From the NCBI GenBank assembly GCA_963762985.1, contig CAVXMK010000024.1:4791-68790 (forward strand): 64,000 nt of DNA. Direction: 5' to 3'. Shown in pieces: positions 8,930 to 18,064 of this stretch. This DNA is from an uncultured Chloroflexia bacterium. GTDB lineage: Bacteria; Chloroflexota; Chloroflexia; Thermomicrobiales; UBA6265. The first letter of the stretch is position 1; every line of letters starts with the position of its first letter. The notes beneath the pieces were generated by a model. That model made no database searches, was not told where the DNA came from, and saw only the letters and a list, made by a program, of their open reading frames with translations. A program made the position numbers and the translations under genes.

Positions 8930-9487
8930 TCAAGCGCCGAGAAGCTGGTCGAGGTCGATCGACACGCCCGGCAACGCCGCGAGTTGGACGACGCCTCCGC
9001 GATAGATCGTTTCGCGATAGGAACCATCGGCTTGGCGCACCCAGCTCGTGAGCGTCCGCTCATACGGGTGGATGCGCCAGATCTCGAGATCGCCGCGCTG
9101 CTGGTAGATGGGAATCTTGGTATCGACGTCGTAGTTTCCGGTGGAGGGGGACCAGACCTCGACGACGAGCGGCAAGGGTTCTGAATAGATGGCCAGCACG
9201 GGGCGATCGCGGATGTCCTCGCTGTAGGCGGTCGGGACCACCATGACGTCCGGCATGAACACCGTGGCCGTGGGCCGCCTCACGCGAAGCTCGGCAACGA
9301 CCGAATACTCGTTCCAATCCAGTTGCGAAAGAAGGTAATACCCCAAGCGCATCGGGATCTCGCCGTGCCGAAAGCTCATCTTCGGCTTCTCCACCAAGAT
9401 CCCATCGTGCAGCTCCCACAGGCCCTCGACGCTGGAGAGTACGAACTCCACGTAGTCCTGTTCGCTCATGCGTTGCGCGACGGCCAT
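8930..9487 (-). CDS. Uma2-family (DUF820) putative endonuclease, tandem paralog
   Basis: The architecture matches the neighbouring gene (MPDVMVVP, PLPLVVEVWSPSTGNYDVDTKIPIYQQRGDLEIWRIHP). The start was chosen at MAVAQRMSEQDY by analogy with the paralog; the longest ORF starts at 9523. Confidence 0.75.
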   Translation of the reverse strand: MAVAQRMSEQDYVEFVLSSVEGLWELHDGILVEKPKMSFRHGEIPMRLGYYLLSQLDWNEYSVVAELRVRRPTATVFMPDVMVVPTAYSEDIRDRPVLAIYSEPLPLVVEVWSPSTGNYDVDTKIPIYQQRGDLEIWRIHPYERTLTSWVRQADGSYRETIYRGGVVQLAALPGVSIDLDQLLGA

Positions 9488-9548
9488 CCGTGCCTCCAAT
9501 CGCGGTGTGCGGGGAGTCGTCATGCGTCCTCAGTCTACCGCGGTCCCT

Positions 9549-9650
9549 GGGGGTGTCGGGGTGTCGGGGTATCAGGGTGATCTGGCAGTCGGGGAAACGC
9601 TCCCCTTTCGTCGCTCCCCGTCACCTTGACACCCTGATACCCCGACACCC
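9549..9650. repeat. G-tract/C-tract palindromic element (copy E4)
   Basis: gggggtgtcggggtgtcggggtatcagggtgat ... tcaccttgacaccctgataccccgacaccc, with an inner hairpin ggggaaacgctcccc. It lies between two co-oriented genes. Confidence 0.65.
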
Positions 9651-10460
9651 TTACAGGATCTTCGACAGGAATTGCCGCGTGCGCTCGTTGCTGGGGCGGG
9701 TGAAGAAGTGCTCGGGTGGGCCCTCTTCGATGATGAGGCCGTCGTCCATCATGACGATGCGGTCGGCGGCTTCGCGGGCGAAGCCCATCTCGTGGGTGAC
9801 GCAAATCATGGTCATGCCGTCGGCGGCGAGCTCTTCCATGACGGCCAGGACCTCGCCGACCGTCTCCGGGTCGAGGGCGCTGGTGGCCTCGTCGAAGAGC
9901 ATCAGCTTGGGGTGCATGGCCAGGGCGCGGGCGATGGCCACCCGCTGCTGCTGGCCGCCGGAGAGTTTGCTGGGGTAGGCGTTGCGCTTGTCGGCCAGAC
10001 CGACGCGGGCCAGGAGCCGCTCCGCGGTGGCGATGGCGTCCTGGCGGCGCTCACCACGGACCTGGATCGGGGCCTCGCTGATGTTCTCCAGTGCGGTCAG
10101 GTGCGGCCAGAGGTTGAAGCGCTGGAAGACGAAGCCGATCTCCGAGCGCTGGCGGGCGATGGCCTTGGCCGATTGCTCGGCCAGGCTGCCATCGGGACGC
10201 TCCCGGTAGCCGACGAGGGTGCCGTCGACTTCGATGCGGCCGCCGTCGATGCGCTCCAGGTGGTTAAGACAGCGCAGGAAGGTGGTCTTGCCGGAGCCGG
10301 AGGGGCCGATGATGCAGACGACTTCGCCGCGGCGCACCTCCAGCGAGACGCCCTTGAGCACCTCGTGGTGGCCAAAGCGCTTGTGCACGTCGCGGGCGAG
10401 GAGGATGGTGCGGGGCTGTGGCAGAGCCGTATCCAACCCGGCGATGGCGGTCTCGGTCAT
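9651..10460 (-). CDS. Amino-acid ABC transporter ATP-binding protein
   Basis: Walker [10 protein letters not shown], signature [15 protein letters not shown], Walker [13 protein letters not shown]. Confidence 0.9.
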   Translation of the reverse strand: MTETAIAGLDTALPQPRTILLARDVHKRFGHHEVLKGVSLEVRRGEVVCIIGPSGSGKTTFLRCLNHLERIDGGRIEVDGTLVGYRERPDGSLAEQSAKAIARQRSEIGFVFQRFNLWPHLTALENISEAPIQVRGERRQDAIATAERLLARVGLADKRNAYPSKLSGGQQQRVAIARALAMHPKLMLFDEATSALDPETVGEVLAVMEELAADGMTMICVTHEMGFAREAADRIVMMDDGLIIEEGPPEHFFTRPSNERTRQFLSKIL

Positions 10461-10549
10461 GGTCAGCTCCTCGCGGTCTTCGCCGCTCCCGGCGCGGCGG
10501 GCCGCGTGCCCTCTGGGCGGCGGGGCAGGGGGTTAATGGGCTGCCGCAT

Positions 10550-11338
10550 CTATTGTGCCCGCCCCCACTGCAAGCGCCGCACCCTGGCGCGGAATCCCGC
10601 CTCCTGCTCCTGGCCGGCGGGATCGAGGCGGCGCTCGATGCGGGCCTGGATGAGACTCCAGATGGTGGTCAGCACCAGATACCAAAAGGCGACGGCGAAG
10701 AAGTATTCGACCGGGCGGAAGGTGGTCGAGTAGCCGACCTCGGCATCGAAGAACAGTTCGTAGACGCCGATGAAGGCGAGCAGGGAGGTGTTCTTGATCA
10801 TGTTGTTGAACTCGTTGCCAAGCGGAGGCACGATGACTCGCGCCGCCTGCGGCAAGACGATGCGGCGCATGGCCAGCGGCCGCGTCATCCCCACCGCGAG
10901 GGCGGCCTCCATCTGGCCGGGGTCGACCGCCTGGATCCCGGCGCGGATGATCTCGCTCATGTAGGCGCCCTCGTTGACGGCGAGGGCGGTGATGCCGGCC
11001 AGGACCGCCCCCGAGAGGGTCAACCCGGCAATCGCCACCTCGCGCGGGAAGAGGCTGAACCCGAAAAAGAGGTTGGCGCCGAAGAAGATGAAGAAGATCT
11101 GCACGATCAGCGGCGTGCCGCGGATGACCAGCACGTACGCGCCGGCGAGGGCACGCACCGGCCAGAAGCGCGACAGCCCGGCGAGGGCCGAGACGAGTCC
11201 CAGCCCCACGCCGAGCAGTTGGGCGATGATGGCGATCGAGACGGTCGTCGCCAGCGCCCGCCAGAACTCCGGCGGGGGACTGAAGATGCGCTCGGCGATG
11301 ATCGACCATTCGACGTTGATCGCCGGGACCACGGGCAC
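10550..11338 (-). CDS. Amino-acid ABC transporter permease (His/Glu/Gln/Arg/opine family)
   Basis: Multi-TM protein with VLVIRGTPLIVQIFFIFFG and the EAA-like loop EGAYMSEIIRAGIQAVDPGQMEAA. Confidence 0.85.
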   Translation of the reverse strand: MPVVPAINVEWSIIAERIFSPPPEFWRALATTVSIAIIAQLLGVGLGLVSALAGLSRFWPVRALAGAYVLVIRGTPLIVQIFFIFFGANLFFGFSLFPREVAIAGLTLSGAVLAGITALAVNEGAYMSEIIRAGIQAVDPGQMEAALAVGMTRPLAMRRIVLPQAARVIVPPLGNEFNNMIKNTSLLAFIGVYELFFDAEVGYSTTFRPVEYFFAVAFWYLVLTTIWSLIQARIERRLDPAGQEQEAGFRARVRRLQWGRAQ

Positions 11339-11381
11339 GCCCTCACTTTGCCGCTGCTGCCTGTTCCCGGCGTATTGTGCC

Positions 11382-12242
11382 TTAGCCGGAGGCGGGTGTC
11401 GCCACCGGGGTGGCGCTCGCCGCGTCCGGCAGCGCGAAGTCCTGAAGCTGCCATTCCTCGAGGATGGTCATCATCGTGCCGTCGGCATACAGCTCATCGA
11501 CGGCGGTCTGGACCTGGTCGCGCAGCTCGGCATTCTCCTTGTTGAAGGCGATGCCGACCAGGATGGGGTCGATCACCTCGCCGCCGATCTCCAGGGCGCC
11601 CTCCGCCTGGGCGATGTAGTAGGCGGCTACCGGGGAATCGGTCATGTGGGCGTCTACGCGATCGGCCTGAAGCGCCAGGATGCCGTCCGTGTCGGAGGGG
11701 AATCCGGTGATGCTGATCGGCTCTTCGCCGGCTTCCTCACACGCGGCGCTCGCCGCCTCCAGCGCTTCCAGGAAGGTGGTGCCGACCTGGGCCCCGGCCG
11801 CGATGCCGCACAACGACTCCAGCGAGGCGATGCCGAGCGGATTGCCGGTGGGAACCACGAGAGACTGCCCCATCTCGAGGTAGGGGACGAAATCGACCTG
11901 CTCGGCGCGCTCCGGCGTGATGTTCATGCTGGAGATGATGGCGTCGCACTGGTTGCCCAGGATGGCGGCGATGATGCCGTCGAAGCCGATGTTGGAGAAC
12001 TCGGCCTCGCGCCCGAGGTTCTCGGCGATGGCGCGGCCGATGTCGATGTCGGCGCCGACCGGGTCCGATCCTTCGAAGAACTCCATCGGCGGGTAGGCGA
12101 TGTCGGAGCAGAAGACGAGCGGTTCTTCCTGAGCCTTCACGGCCGGCGCCGTCAGCGCCGCGCCGGCCCAACCGGCCACGAGCGCACCGACGACCAGCCA
12201 GAGGCGAAGACTCAACCACGATTGCACTCGCACGGGAGACAC
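11382..12242 (-). CDS. Amino-acid ABC transporter substrate-binding protein (SBP family 3)
   Basis: Signal peptide followed by YPPMEFFEGSDPVGADIDIGRAIAENLG...FDGIIAAILGNQCDAIISSMNITPER. Confidence 0.85.
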   Translation of the reverse strand: MSPVRVQSWLSLRLWLVVGALVAGWAGAALTAPAVKAQEEPLVFCSDIAYPPMEFFEGSDPVGADIDIGRAIAENLGREAEFSNIGFDGIIAAILGNQCDAIISSMNITPERAEQVDFVPYLEMGQSLVVPTGNPLGIASLESLCGIAAGAQVGTTFLEALEAASAACEEAGEEPISITGFPSDTDGILALQADRVDAHMTDSPVAAYYIAQAEGALEIGGEVIDPILVGIAFNKENAELRDQVQTAVDELYADGTMMTILEEWQLQDFALPDAASATPVATPASG

Positions 12243-12437
12243 TCCTTTCGATCCGCAACGACCGAGCGACGGCGCCGCAAGGTCGCCGCCTGGTCACGCC
12301 CCGCACGGGGCGTTCCAGCCCCTTCTGAGCCGGACCGCGCCCGCCAAGTCGCGGCTACCATCCTTGGGCACAGCATATTGTGCCCCTTCCGCCTACCCGC
12401 AACCGTACCTCAAATTGGATTCTGAGAACGGAACGCG

Positions 12438-13835
12438 TCAGCGGCGGAACACCCGCACCGCCAGCGGCGGCCGCGTGGAGTACTGGCCGGTGCGCTCCAC
12501 CTTCTCGTTCTCCTTATAGCGGGAGCGGCGGACCAGGTTGACGCCAAGCGAGCGCAGGGGCTCCGGTTCCCAGGGGAGCGGTTTGTGGGAGGCCATTGGG
12601 AGGCGGGTGAGGTCGGAGTCGGTGGCGGTAAGGAGGTCGGTCAGGACACGGCCGCTCAGGTTGGCGGTGGCCACGCCTTCGCCACTGTAGCCGAAGGCCA
12701 GGGCCACGCCGGTTTGCGGGTTGAACCCCATGGTCGGCATGCGGTCACGGGGGACACCGAGGACGCCACCCCAGGCGTGGGTGAAGCCGACGTTTTCCAG
12801 CACCGGGAACCAGACCCGCGCCGCGCGCCGGGCGTGGGCGAAGATCTCCTCCTGGCGGTCGATGGCGTCGGTGATGCGCGAGGCGTAGGGGTAGGTGCCG
12901 CGGTAGGCGCCGAAAGCAATGCGGCCGTCGGCGGTGTGGTTGAGGTAGCCGGCCATGGTGCCGTGGCCGTAGAGAACCTCGTTGCGCGCCCAGCCGATCT
13001 GCGCCCAGATCTCCGGCGGCAGCGGTTCGGTGACCACCATATGCGAGGTCATGGGGATGACGTGGCGGCGCAGCTTCGGCAACCGCGACAGGTACGCCTC
13101 GCCGGCGAGGACGATGGCCCGCCGCGCCCGCACCTCGCCGCGGTCGGTGATCAGCCGGGGTGGGGCGCCGCCGGCGTAGTCGAGCACGGTCGTCTGCTCG
13201 GCGATGCGGCCGCCACGACGCTCCACGGCGCGGGCCAGGCCGCGGGCCAGCCGGGCCGGTTGGATACGGGCGCCTTCCTTCATCCAGAAGGCGCCGACGA
13301 GGTCCTGCACCCGGAGATGGTCCTCCGCCTCTGCCCGGTCGAGCAGAGCGACGTGCCTATCCAGCCCGAGGGAGCGATAGCCTTCGAACGATTCCTCGAT
13401 CAGCGGCAGGTCGTACTCGGCGCGGGCGATCTCCATGCCGCCGCCGCGCGAGAAGTGGGCGTCGATGTCCTCTTCCTGGATGACGCGCTCGATGTCGTCG
13501 AGGGAATCGATCATGGCCAGCGCGACGGCGCAGGCGGCGTCGCGGCCATAGCGTTTGGTCAGGATCGCCGGGTGGAGGGGGAAGTCGGCCACGCACCAGC
13601 CGCCGTTGCGGCCCGAGGCGCCGAAGCCGGCGATTTCCTGCTCGACCACCAGCACGTCGAGCGCTGGATCCCGTTTCAGGAGTTGATAGGCCGTCCACAA
13701 GCCGGTGAACCCGGCGCCGACGATCGCCACGTCGACATCGGCCGGGCCGTCGAGGGGCGGGCGGGGGGTGAAGTCGTCGCCACAGGTTTCGAGCCAGAAG
13801 CTGTAGGAGCCGTAGTTCTTTGCGCTCACCAACAC
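12438..13835 (-). CDS. FAD-dependent oxidoreductase (DAO family, PuuB-like)
   Basis: Dinucleotide fold VDVAIVGAGFTGLWTAYQL. 465 aa, immediately downstream of the ABC operon. Confidence 0.8.
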   Translation of the reverse strand: MLVSAKNYGSYSFWLETCGDDFTPRPPLDGPADVDVAIVGAGFTGLWTAYQLLKRDPALDVLVVEQEIAGFGASGRNGGWCVADFPLHPAILTKRYGRDAACAVALAMIDSLDDIERVIQEEDIDAHFSRGGGMEIARAEYDLPLIEESFEGYRSLGLDRHVALLDRAEAEDHLRVQDLVGAFWMKEGARIQPARLARGLARAVERRGGRIAEQTTVLDYAGGAPPRLITDRGEVRARRAIVLAGEAYLSRLPKLRRHVIPMTSHMVVTEPLPPEIWAQIGWARNEVLYGHGTMAGYLNHTADGRIAFGAYRGTYPYASRITDAIDRQEEIFAHARRAARVWFPVLENVGFTHAWGGVLGVPRDRMPTMGFNPQTGVALAFGYSGEGVATANLSGRVLTDLLTATDSDLTRLPMASHKPLPWEPEPLRSLGVNLVRRSRYKENEKVERTGQYSTRPPLAVRVFRR

Positions 13836-14255
13836 TCATCCTGCCGAAGGAACGGCGTCGTCGATCGTGGACGCCACGATGATCACCTACCGTAGCATGG
13901 GAGACGTGCTGCCTTCGTGAGTGCGACAGCCCCCCCGCGATAGCAACGTTGGGCAGCGCCACCCACGCAGGCAGCGCCGCCGACAGCCATCCCACCAGAC
14001 CGAGCCGCGAAAGCGTCCTCTCGCCTCTTTCCTCCAGCATCGGCAGCCCGGCTGCCAGCACGGTGGCCGCGCCCGCGAAGACGATCACTCACCGCCAGGC
14101 GGCAGCGATGGCGACCGCCGGCGCCGAAGCACTCGGCGCCGACGGCTGGCAATCCAGCGTCGATCAGGAACGATTGGCGGCCTGAATGAGCGCGATGAAG
14201 GAGCCCGGATTCTTCCGGGGTCATGATTGCCGCTGGGCGTCGGGTGTCGGCCGCT

Positions 14256-16688
14256 TTAGACGAGGCGGTCGCGCATGGCGATGGCCACCGCGGCGGTGCG
14301 GGAGGGGGCGTCCAGCTTGGCGCGGATGGCTTCGACGTGGCTGGAGGCGGTGCGGCGGCCGATGCCGAGCGCGGCGGCGATCTCCTTGTCGGTCATGCCG
14401 CCGACCAGCAGCCGCAAGATGTCTTGCTCGCGCGCGGTGAGCCCGGTCGCCGGCACGCACGCGTGGTGTGCCGCCTGGGCGGCTATCTCGGCCGCGAGTG
14501 AGCGAGCCTCGGCCACCGCATCGCCGAGCGCCAGCGCCCTGCCCGCGCTCCACGCCGCGGCGAAGACCTGCTCGCCCAAGAGCGCCCGCGCCTGCTTCAG
14601 CACCCGCGCCTCGTCGATGCGGTCGGCGTACAGCGGGCGGGCAGCCAGCGCCGACCGTTGCGCTTCGGCGGCCGCGAACAGCCGCACCGCCGGCTGCGGG
14701 CGCCCCATTGCCTCGGCCAGGGCCGCAAGCGTGAGCACGCCGATGTCGATACGACTGATTGCGCCAAGCGCCTGATAGATGGCCAGGCTCTCGTCGAGAT
14801 ACATGGCCGATGCCCGCGCATTCCCGGCTACCCGCTCCAACTCACCCAGTTCGTACAGGCACCAGGCAAGGCCGAACCGGTCGTCGTGCGCGCGATACAG
14901 CGCGAGAGCCTCGGTCAGGAGCGGACGTGCGCGCTCGAAGTTCCGCTGGCGCGTCGCCAGCGCCCCGAGCTCCCCAAGTGCCGTGGCGATGCCTCGTACG
15001 TGACCGAGCCGGCGGGCCAAATCCAGGATTTCCTCGTAGAGCGCCACGGCACGATCGAAATCTCCGGCCTCCGTGGCCGCGAGGGCGATCATCTGGTTGG
15101 CCCGAAGCACGCCGTCCCGATCGCCTAACACACGATAGAGGATGGCGGCCTCCTCGGCGAAGGGAGCGCTACGCTCCAGGGCGCATTGCTCGTTGGTCAG
15201 CACGCTGGCTCCATAGAGCGCCCTGGCCCGCGCCGCCGCCGGGATCGCCTCGCCCAGTGTCAGCACGCGTTCGGTCCACTCCAGACCTTCGCTGAGATGG
15301 CCGTGCATGGCCCAGAAGTATGAAAGGGCTCCAGCCAGTTTCGCGGCGGTTTCGGCGTCGTGGTTGAGCGACCACGACAGCGCAGCCCGCAGGTTGTCGT
15401 GGTCGCTGGCAAGCCGATCGAGCCAGAGTGTTTGCGCCGCTCCCGGTTCCGAAGACCACAACACGCTCCGCGCCGCTTCGGCCAGGCAGAGGAACCAGGC
15501 GGCATGGGCGGCGTCGGCGACCTCCGCTTCGCCACGCTCGACCAGTCGTTCCAGAGCGAACTCGCGAACTGTTTCCAGCATCGTGAAGCGCGGGGCAGGA
15601 TCCTGCGAGAGCACCTGGAGCAGGCTCTTTTCGATGAGCCCGGCGATGCGATCCAGCAGCCCCGAAGCAGAGGCGGGAGGGTCGTCTGGTCCGGTCCAGG
15701 AGGCCGCGGCCTCCCTGGCCACGTGCTCGGCCGCCTCGAGGGTGAAGCCGCCTACGAAGACGGCGAGGCGTCGAAACACCCGAGCTTCGTCCTCGTCGAG
15801 GCGGTCGTACGACCAGGCGATGGCGTCGCGCATGGTGCGCAGGCGCGCCGGCTGGTCCGTGGCGCCGCCAAGCAGCAGGGGCAGTCTCGGTTCGAGTCGA
15901 GCCAGCAGCGCCCGCGGCGGCAGGATGTGGGTCCAGGCCGCCGCCAGTTCGATGGCCAGCGGCAAGCCGTCGAGGCGCCGGCAGATCTCGACGACGGCGG
16001 CGGCGTTCTCGCCATCGAGGGTGAAATCCGGGCTCATCCTGCGCGCACGGTCGACGAACAGCGCGACGGCGCCGAAATCCGGCAGCGCATCGATCGCGGA
16101 CTCGTCACCCGCGGCCGGAGACGCAAGGGGCGGGGTCGGGAAGCGCTGTTCGCCGCTGACCCGCAACGGCGCACGGCTGGTGGCCAGCACGGTCAAGCCA
16201 TGACATCCCGCCAGCAGGTGGGACACGTCGCCCGTGGCGTCGAGCACGTGCTCGACGTTATCCAGGACCAGGAGCAAGCGACGGCGCCGCAAGAACTCCG
16301 CCACGGCCTCGGCCAGGGACCGTTCCCGCGCCTCCCGGATGCCCAGGGAGCATGCGACGGCGGGCAGCACCATCTTCCCGTCTTCAACGGCGGCGAGCGG
16401 GACGAATGCCACGCCGTCGGGAAAATCGGGCGCGGCCGCCGTTGCCGCCGCGAGCGCCAATCGCGTTTTGCCAACGCCGCCGGGACCCGTCAGCGTCAGG
16501 AGGCGCATCTCGGGGGCGACCAGCAGCGCGCGAACCGCGGCCACATCGGCTTCGCGCCCGACCAACGAGGTCAGCGGGCGGGGAAGTTGGCCGGGCAGCC
16601 CCGCGACCGAGGCGTCGAGCGGCCGCTTCGGCGTAACGGCACGCAGGTGGACGGGAGGAGGTTCGGAGGCGGGCAGTTCGGGCGGCAC
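14256..16688 (-). CDS. LuxR-family transcriptional regulator with STAND-type ATPase and TPR-like region
   Basis: Walker [12 protein letters not shown] and a long helical repeat region. C-terminal HTH is [46 protein letters not shown] start (VPPELPAS). Confidence 0.85.
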   Translation of the reverse strand: MPPELPASEPPPVHLRAVTPKRPLDASVAGLPGQLPRPLTSLVGREADVAAVRALLVAPEMRLLTLTGPGGVGKTRLALAAATAAAPDFPDGVAFVPLAAVEDGKMVLPAVACSLGIREARERSLAEAVAEFLRRRRLLLVLDNVEHVLDATGDVSHLLAGCHGLTVLATSRAPLRVSGEQRFPTPPLASPAAGDESAIDALPDFGAVALFVDRARRMSPDFTLDGENAAAVVEICRRLDGLPLAIELAAAWTHILPPRALLARLEPRLPLLLGGATDQPARLRTMRDAIAWSYDRLDEDEARVFRRLAVFVGGFTLEAAEHVAREAAASWTGPDDPPASASGLLDRIAGLIEKSLLQVLSQDPAPRFTMLETVREFALERLVERGEAEVADAAHAAWFLCLAEAARSVLWSSEPGAAQTLWLDRLASDHDNLRAALSWSLNHDAETAAKLAGALSYFWAMHGHLSEGLEWTERVLTLGEAIPAAARARALYGASVLTNEQCALERSAPFAEEAAILYRVLGDRDGVLRANQMIALAATEAGDFDRAVALYEEILDLARRLGHVRGIATALGELGALATRQRNFERARPLLTEALALYRAHDDRFGLAWCLYELGELERVAGNARASAMYLDESLAIYQALGAISRIDIGVLTLAALAEAMGRPQPAVRLFAAAEAQRSALAARPLYADRIDEARVLKQARALLGEQVFAAAWSAGRALALGDAVAEARSLAAEIAAQAAHHACVPATGLTAREQDILRLLVGGMTDKEIAAALGIGRRTASSHVEAIRAKLDAPSRTAAVAIAMRDRLV

Positions 16689-16825
16689 GGCATCGTCCGC
16701 GGGCGATGATCAGGCACGATGACAACCAGGGCGCAAGCACCTGCTCCCATCATACATAGGCCGGCGGCGATCAGGAGAGCAAAAGTGCCGAGACGCGGGT
16801 CCGATCGTGACGGACGCCGACGCGA

Positions 16826-16857
16826 GGCGCACCCGCGGCGATCGCCGCGGGTGCGCC
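16826..16857. terminator. Perfect 32-bp palindrome, probable bidirectional terminator hairpin
   Basis: ggcgcacccgcggcga/tcgccgcgggtgcgcc lies 40 nt downstream of the last gene of the cysteine-rich island. There is no clear U-tract. Confidence 0.4.
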
Positions 16858-16895
16858 CCTGACGCTCGTTCACCCGACGGGCAGCGCCCGGGACG

Positions 16896-17210
16896 TCACC
16901 TGAGCCAGCAGGCGGCCGTGCCGACGCAGTTGTCCGGGGTATTGTTGGTGATGGCGCTGCCGCCGCTGAGTGTCACGCTGCCGCTGCCCGCGTGAGCGCG
17001 GCCAGTCCCGCGAACAATCGCACCCTCGCCGAGGCGCGACCCGGCTGGCGCCGTTGCCGGGACTTCCGTCGGCGCCGATGCCTGGCATCCGGCTCGGCGA
17101 TGGCGCCGGAGAGGCTCGCCAGCCCGAGGCCCGCGAGCGGTCCCAACGCGGATCTCCGAGTCACGCGCCCGCCGAATGTTTTCGTGAGACGATCAAAACG
17201 CGTTCTCCAT
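16896..17210 (-). pseudogene. Member D of the Tat-leader/polybasic family, disrupted by two frameshifts
   Basis: ATG at 17210 gives MENAF. A 1-nt shift in a T-run restores DRLTKTFGGRVTRRSALGPLAGLGLASLSGAIAEPDA followed by RHRRRRKSRQRRQ. A third frame ends with GSGSVTLSGGSAITNNTPDNCVGTAACWLR. Confidence 0.45.
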
Positions 17211-17274
17211 GTCAGACGTCCAAGGTAGTCGTCCGAAGAGAAGCCGCGCCTGCGCCACATCCTTCCGGCGTGCC

Positions 17275-17913
17275 TCACCGTCGATGGGCGCCGCCCTCGT
17301 TGGAGGACGTGTTCCCAGTGATGGTGCAGCCGACGACCGTGGCCGTACCCCAGTTGAAGACGCCGCCGGTGATGCGCAGCTTCTTGAGGGTAACGGTGGC
17401 GCCTTTGGCGATCTCCACCACCGACGCCGTGCCCGTGCCGCGCAGGATCGTGTCGCCGTCGCCGGCGCCGATCAGGCGCAGGTTGGCGCGGATGCTGAGG
17501 TTCTCGCGGTACTCGCCGGGGCAGACGACGATCGCCGCGCCCGGGTTCACCGCGTCGATGGCCGCCTGCACCGAGGTGAAGGCGCAGCCGGCAGCGCAGA
17601 CGTCGCACGGGCGATCGACGCACGCGCCGCCCTGGCACTCGTGATCTTCGTCGCAATCCCCGCACGACTCGCCGCAGCCGTCCGGGCCGCAGGACTTGCC
17701 CGCGCAGAGCGGGATGCACGTCGGCGGCTACTTGCGACGCTTCTTGCGCTTCTTGGCCATGGCGGTGTCGGCGCCAATCCGGGTGCTCAGGGCGCTGGCT
17801 ACCGGAAGCGATGCGGCGAGGCGCAGCAGCCCACGCCGCGTGCCGCCGTCGAGCAACTGTCGGACGAGTTGATCAGAGCGCGACGCCGTGCCCTGACTTG
17901 CGGTTCTGCTCAT
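17275..17913 (-). pseudogene. Member C of the Tat-leader/polybasic family (Cys-rich plus parallel beta-helix passenger), interrupted by an in-frame TAG at 17728-17730
   Basis: The gene reads ...SDQLVRQLLDGGTRRGLLRLAASLPVASAL...AMAKKRKKRRK, then TAG. The same frame continues as PPTCIPLCAGKSCGPDGCGESCGDCDEDHECQGGACV...AIDAVNPGAAIVVCPGEYRENLSIRANLRLIGAGDGDTILRG. The beta-helix part is truncated at 17275. Confidence 0.55.
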
Positions 17914-18064
17914 GACAGGATGGGCAGCGACGCGAACGCCTCTGTCATTCGCTCAGCGGCGCCGGAAGCCGGGAAAAGGATCTTCTCCGGATCTGGAATC
18001 GCCAGCGCGGCGCTGGCGACCACCCGGCCGCCAGCGCCGCATTGAAACGGCTATTCGCCCACTA

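Noticed and set aside
9672-10733. 353-aa plus-strand ORF overlapping the ABC ATPase and permease genes
   Set aside because: This is an antisense shadow ORF of a GC-rich region. It has extreme Gly/Ala/Asp/Val composition and no motif, whereas the opposite strand carries complete Walker A/B and ABC signature motifs. The same reasoning applies to 12585-13895, 15360-16709, 21683-24088, 26893-28050, 41003-42616, 49451-50860 (plus strand) and 37618-39456, 42899-44464, 49299-50459 (minus strand).
13836-14255. Short ORFs with hydrophobic stretches (for example VIVFAGAATVLAAGLPML...LVGWLSAALPAWVALP) between the FAD oxidoreductase and the LuxR gene
   Set aside because: The hydrophobic pieces are split over different frames without starts or RBS. 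This is possibly a membrane-protein remnant, but not a supportable feature.
16571-16873. 100-aa minus-strand ORF with a hydrophobic segment (GTFALLIAAGLCMMGAGACALVVIV)
   Set aside because: It overlaps the first 118 nt of the LuxR regulator gene in another frame and starts inside the 32-bp palindrome region. There is no RBS, and the rest of the product is Arg/Pro-rich.
17728-17730. In-frame TAG as recoding (pyrrolysine or programmed readthrough)
   Set aside because: No pyl genes or recoding signals are visible. Two other in-frame TAGs occur in clearly decayed genes (4931, 45101), and the same gene is also truncated at its 3' end, so a nonsense mutation is the simpler reading.
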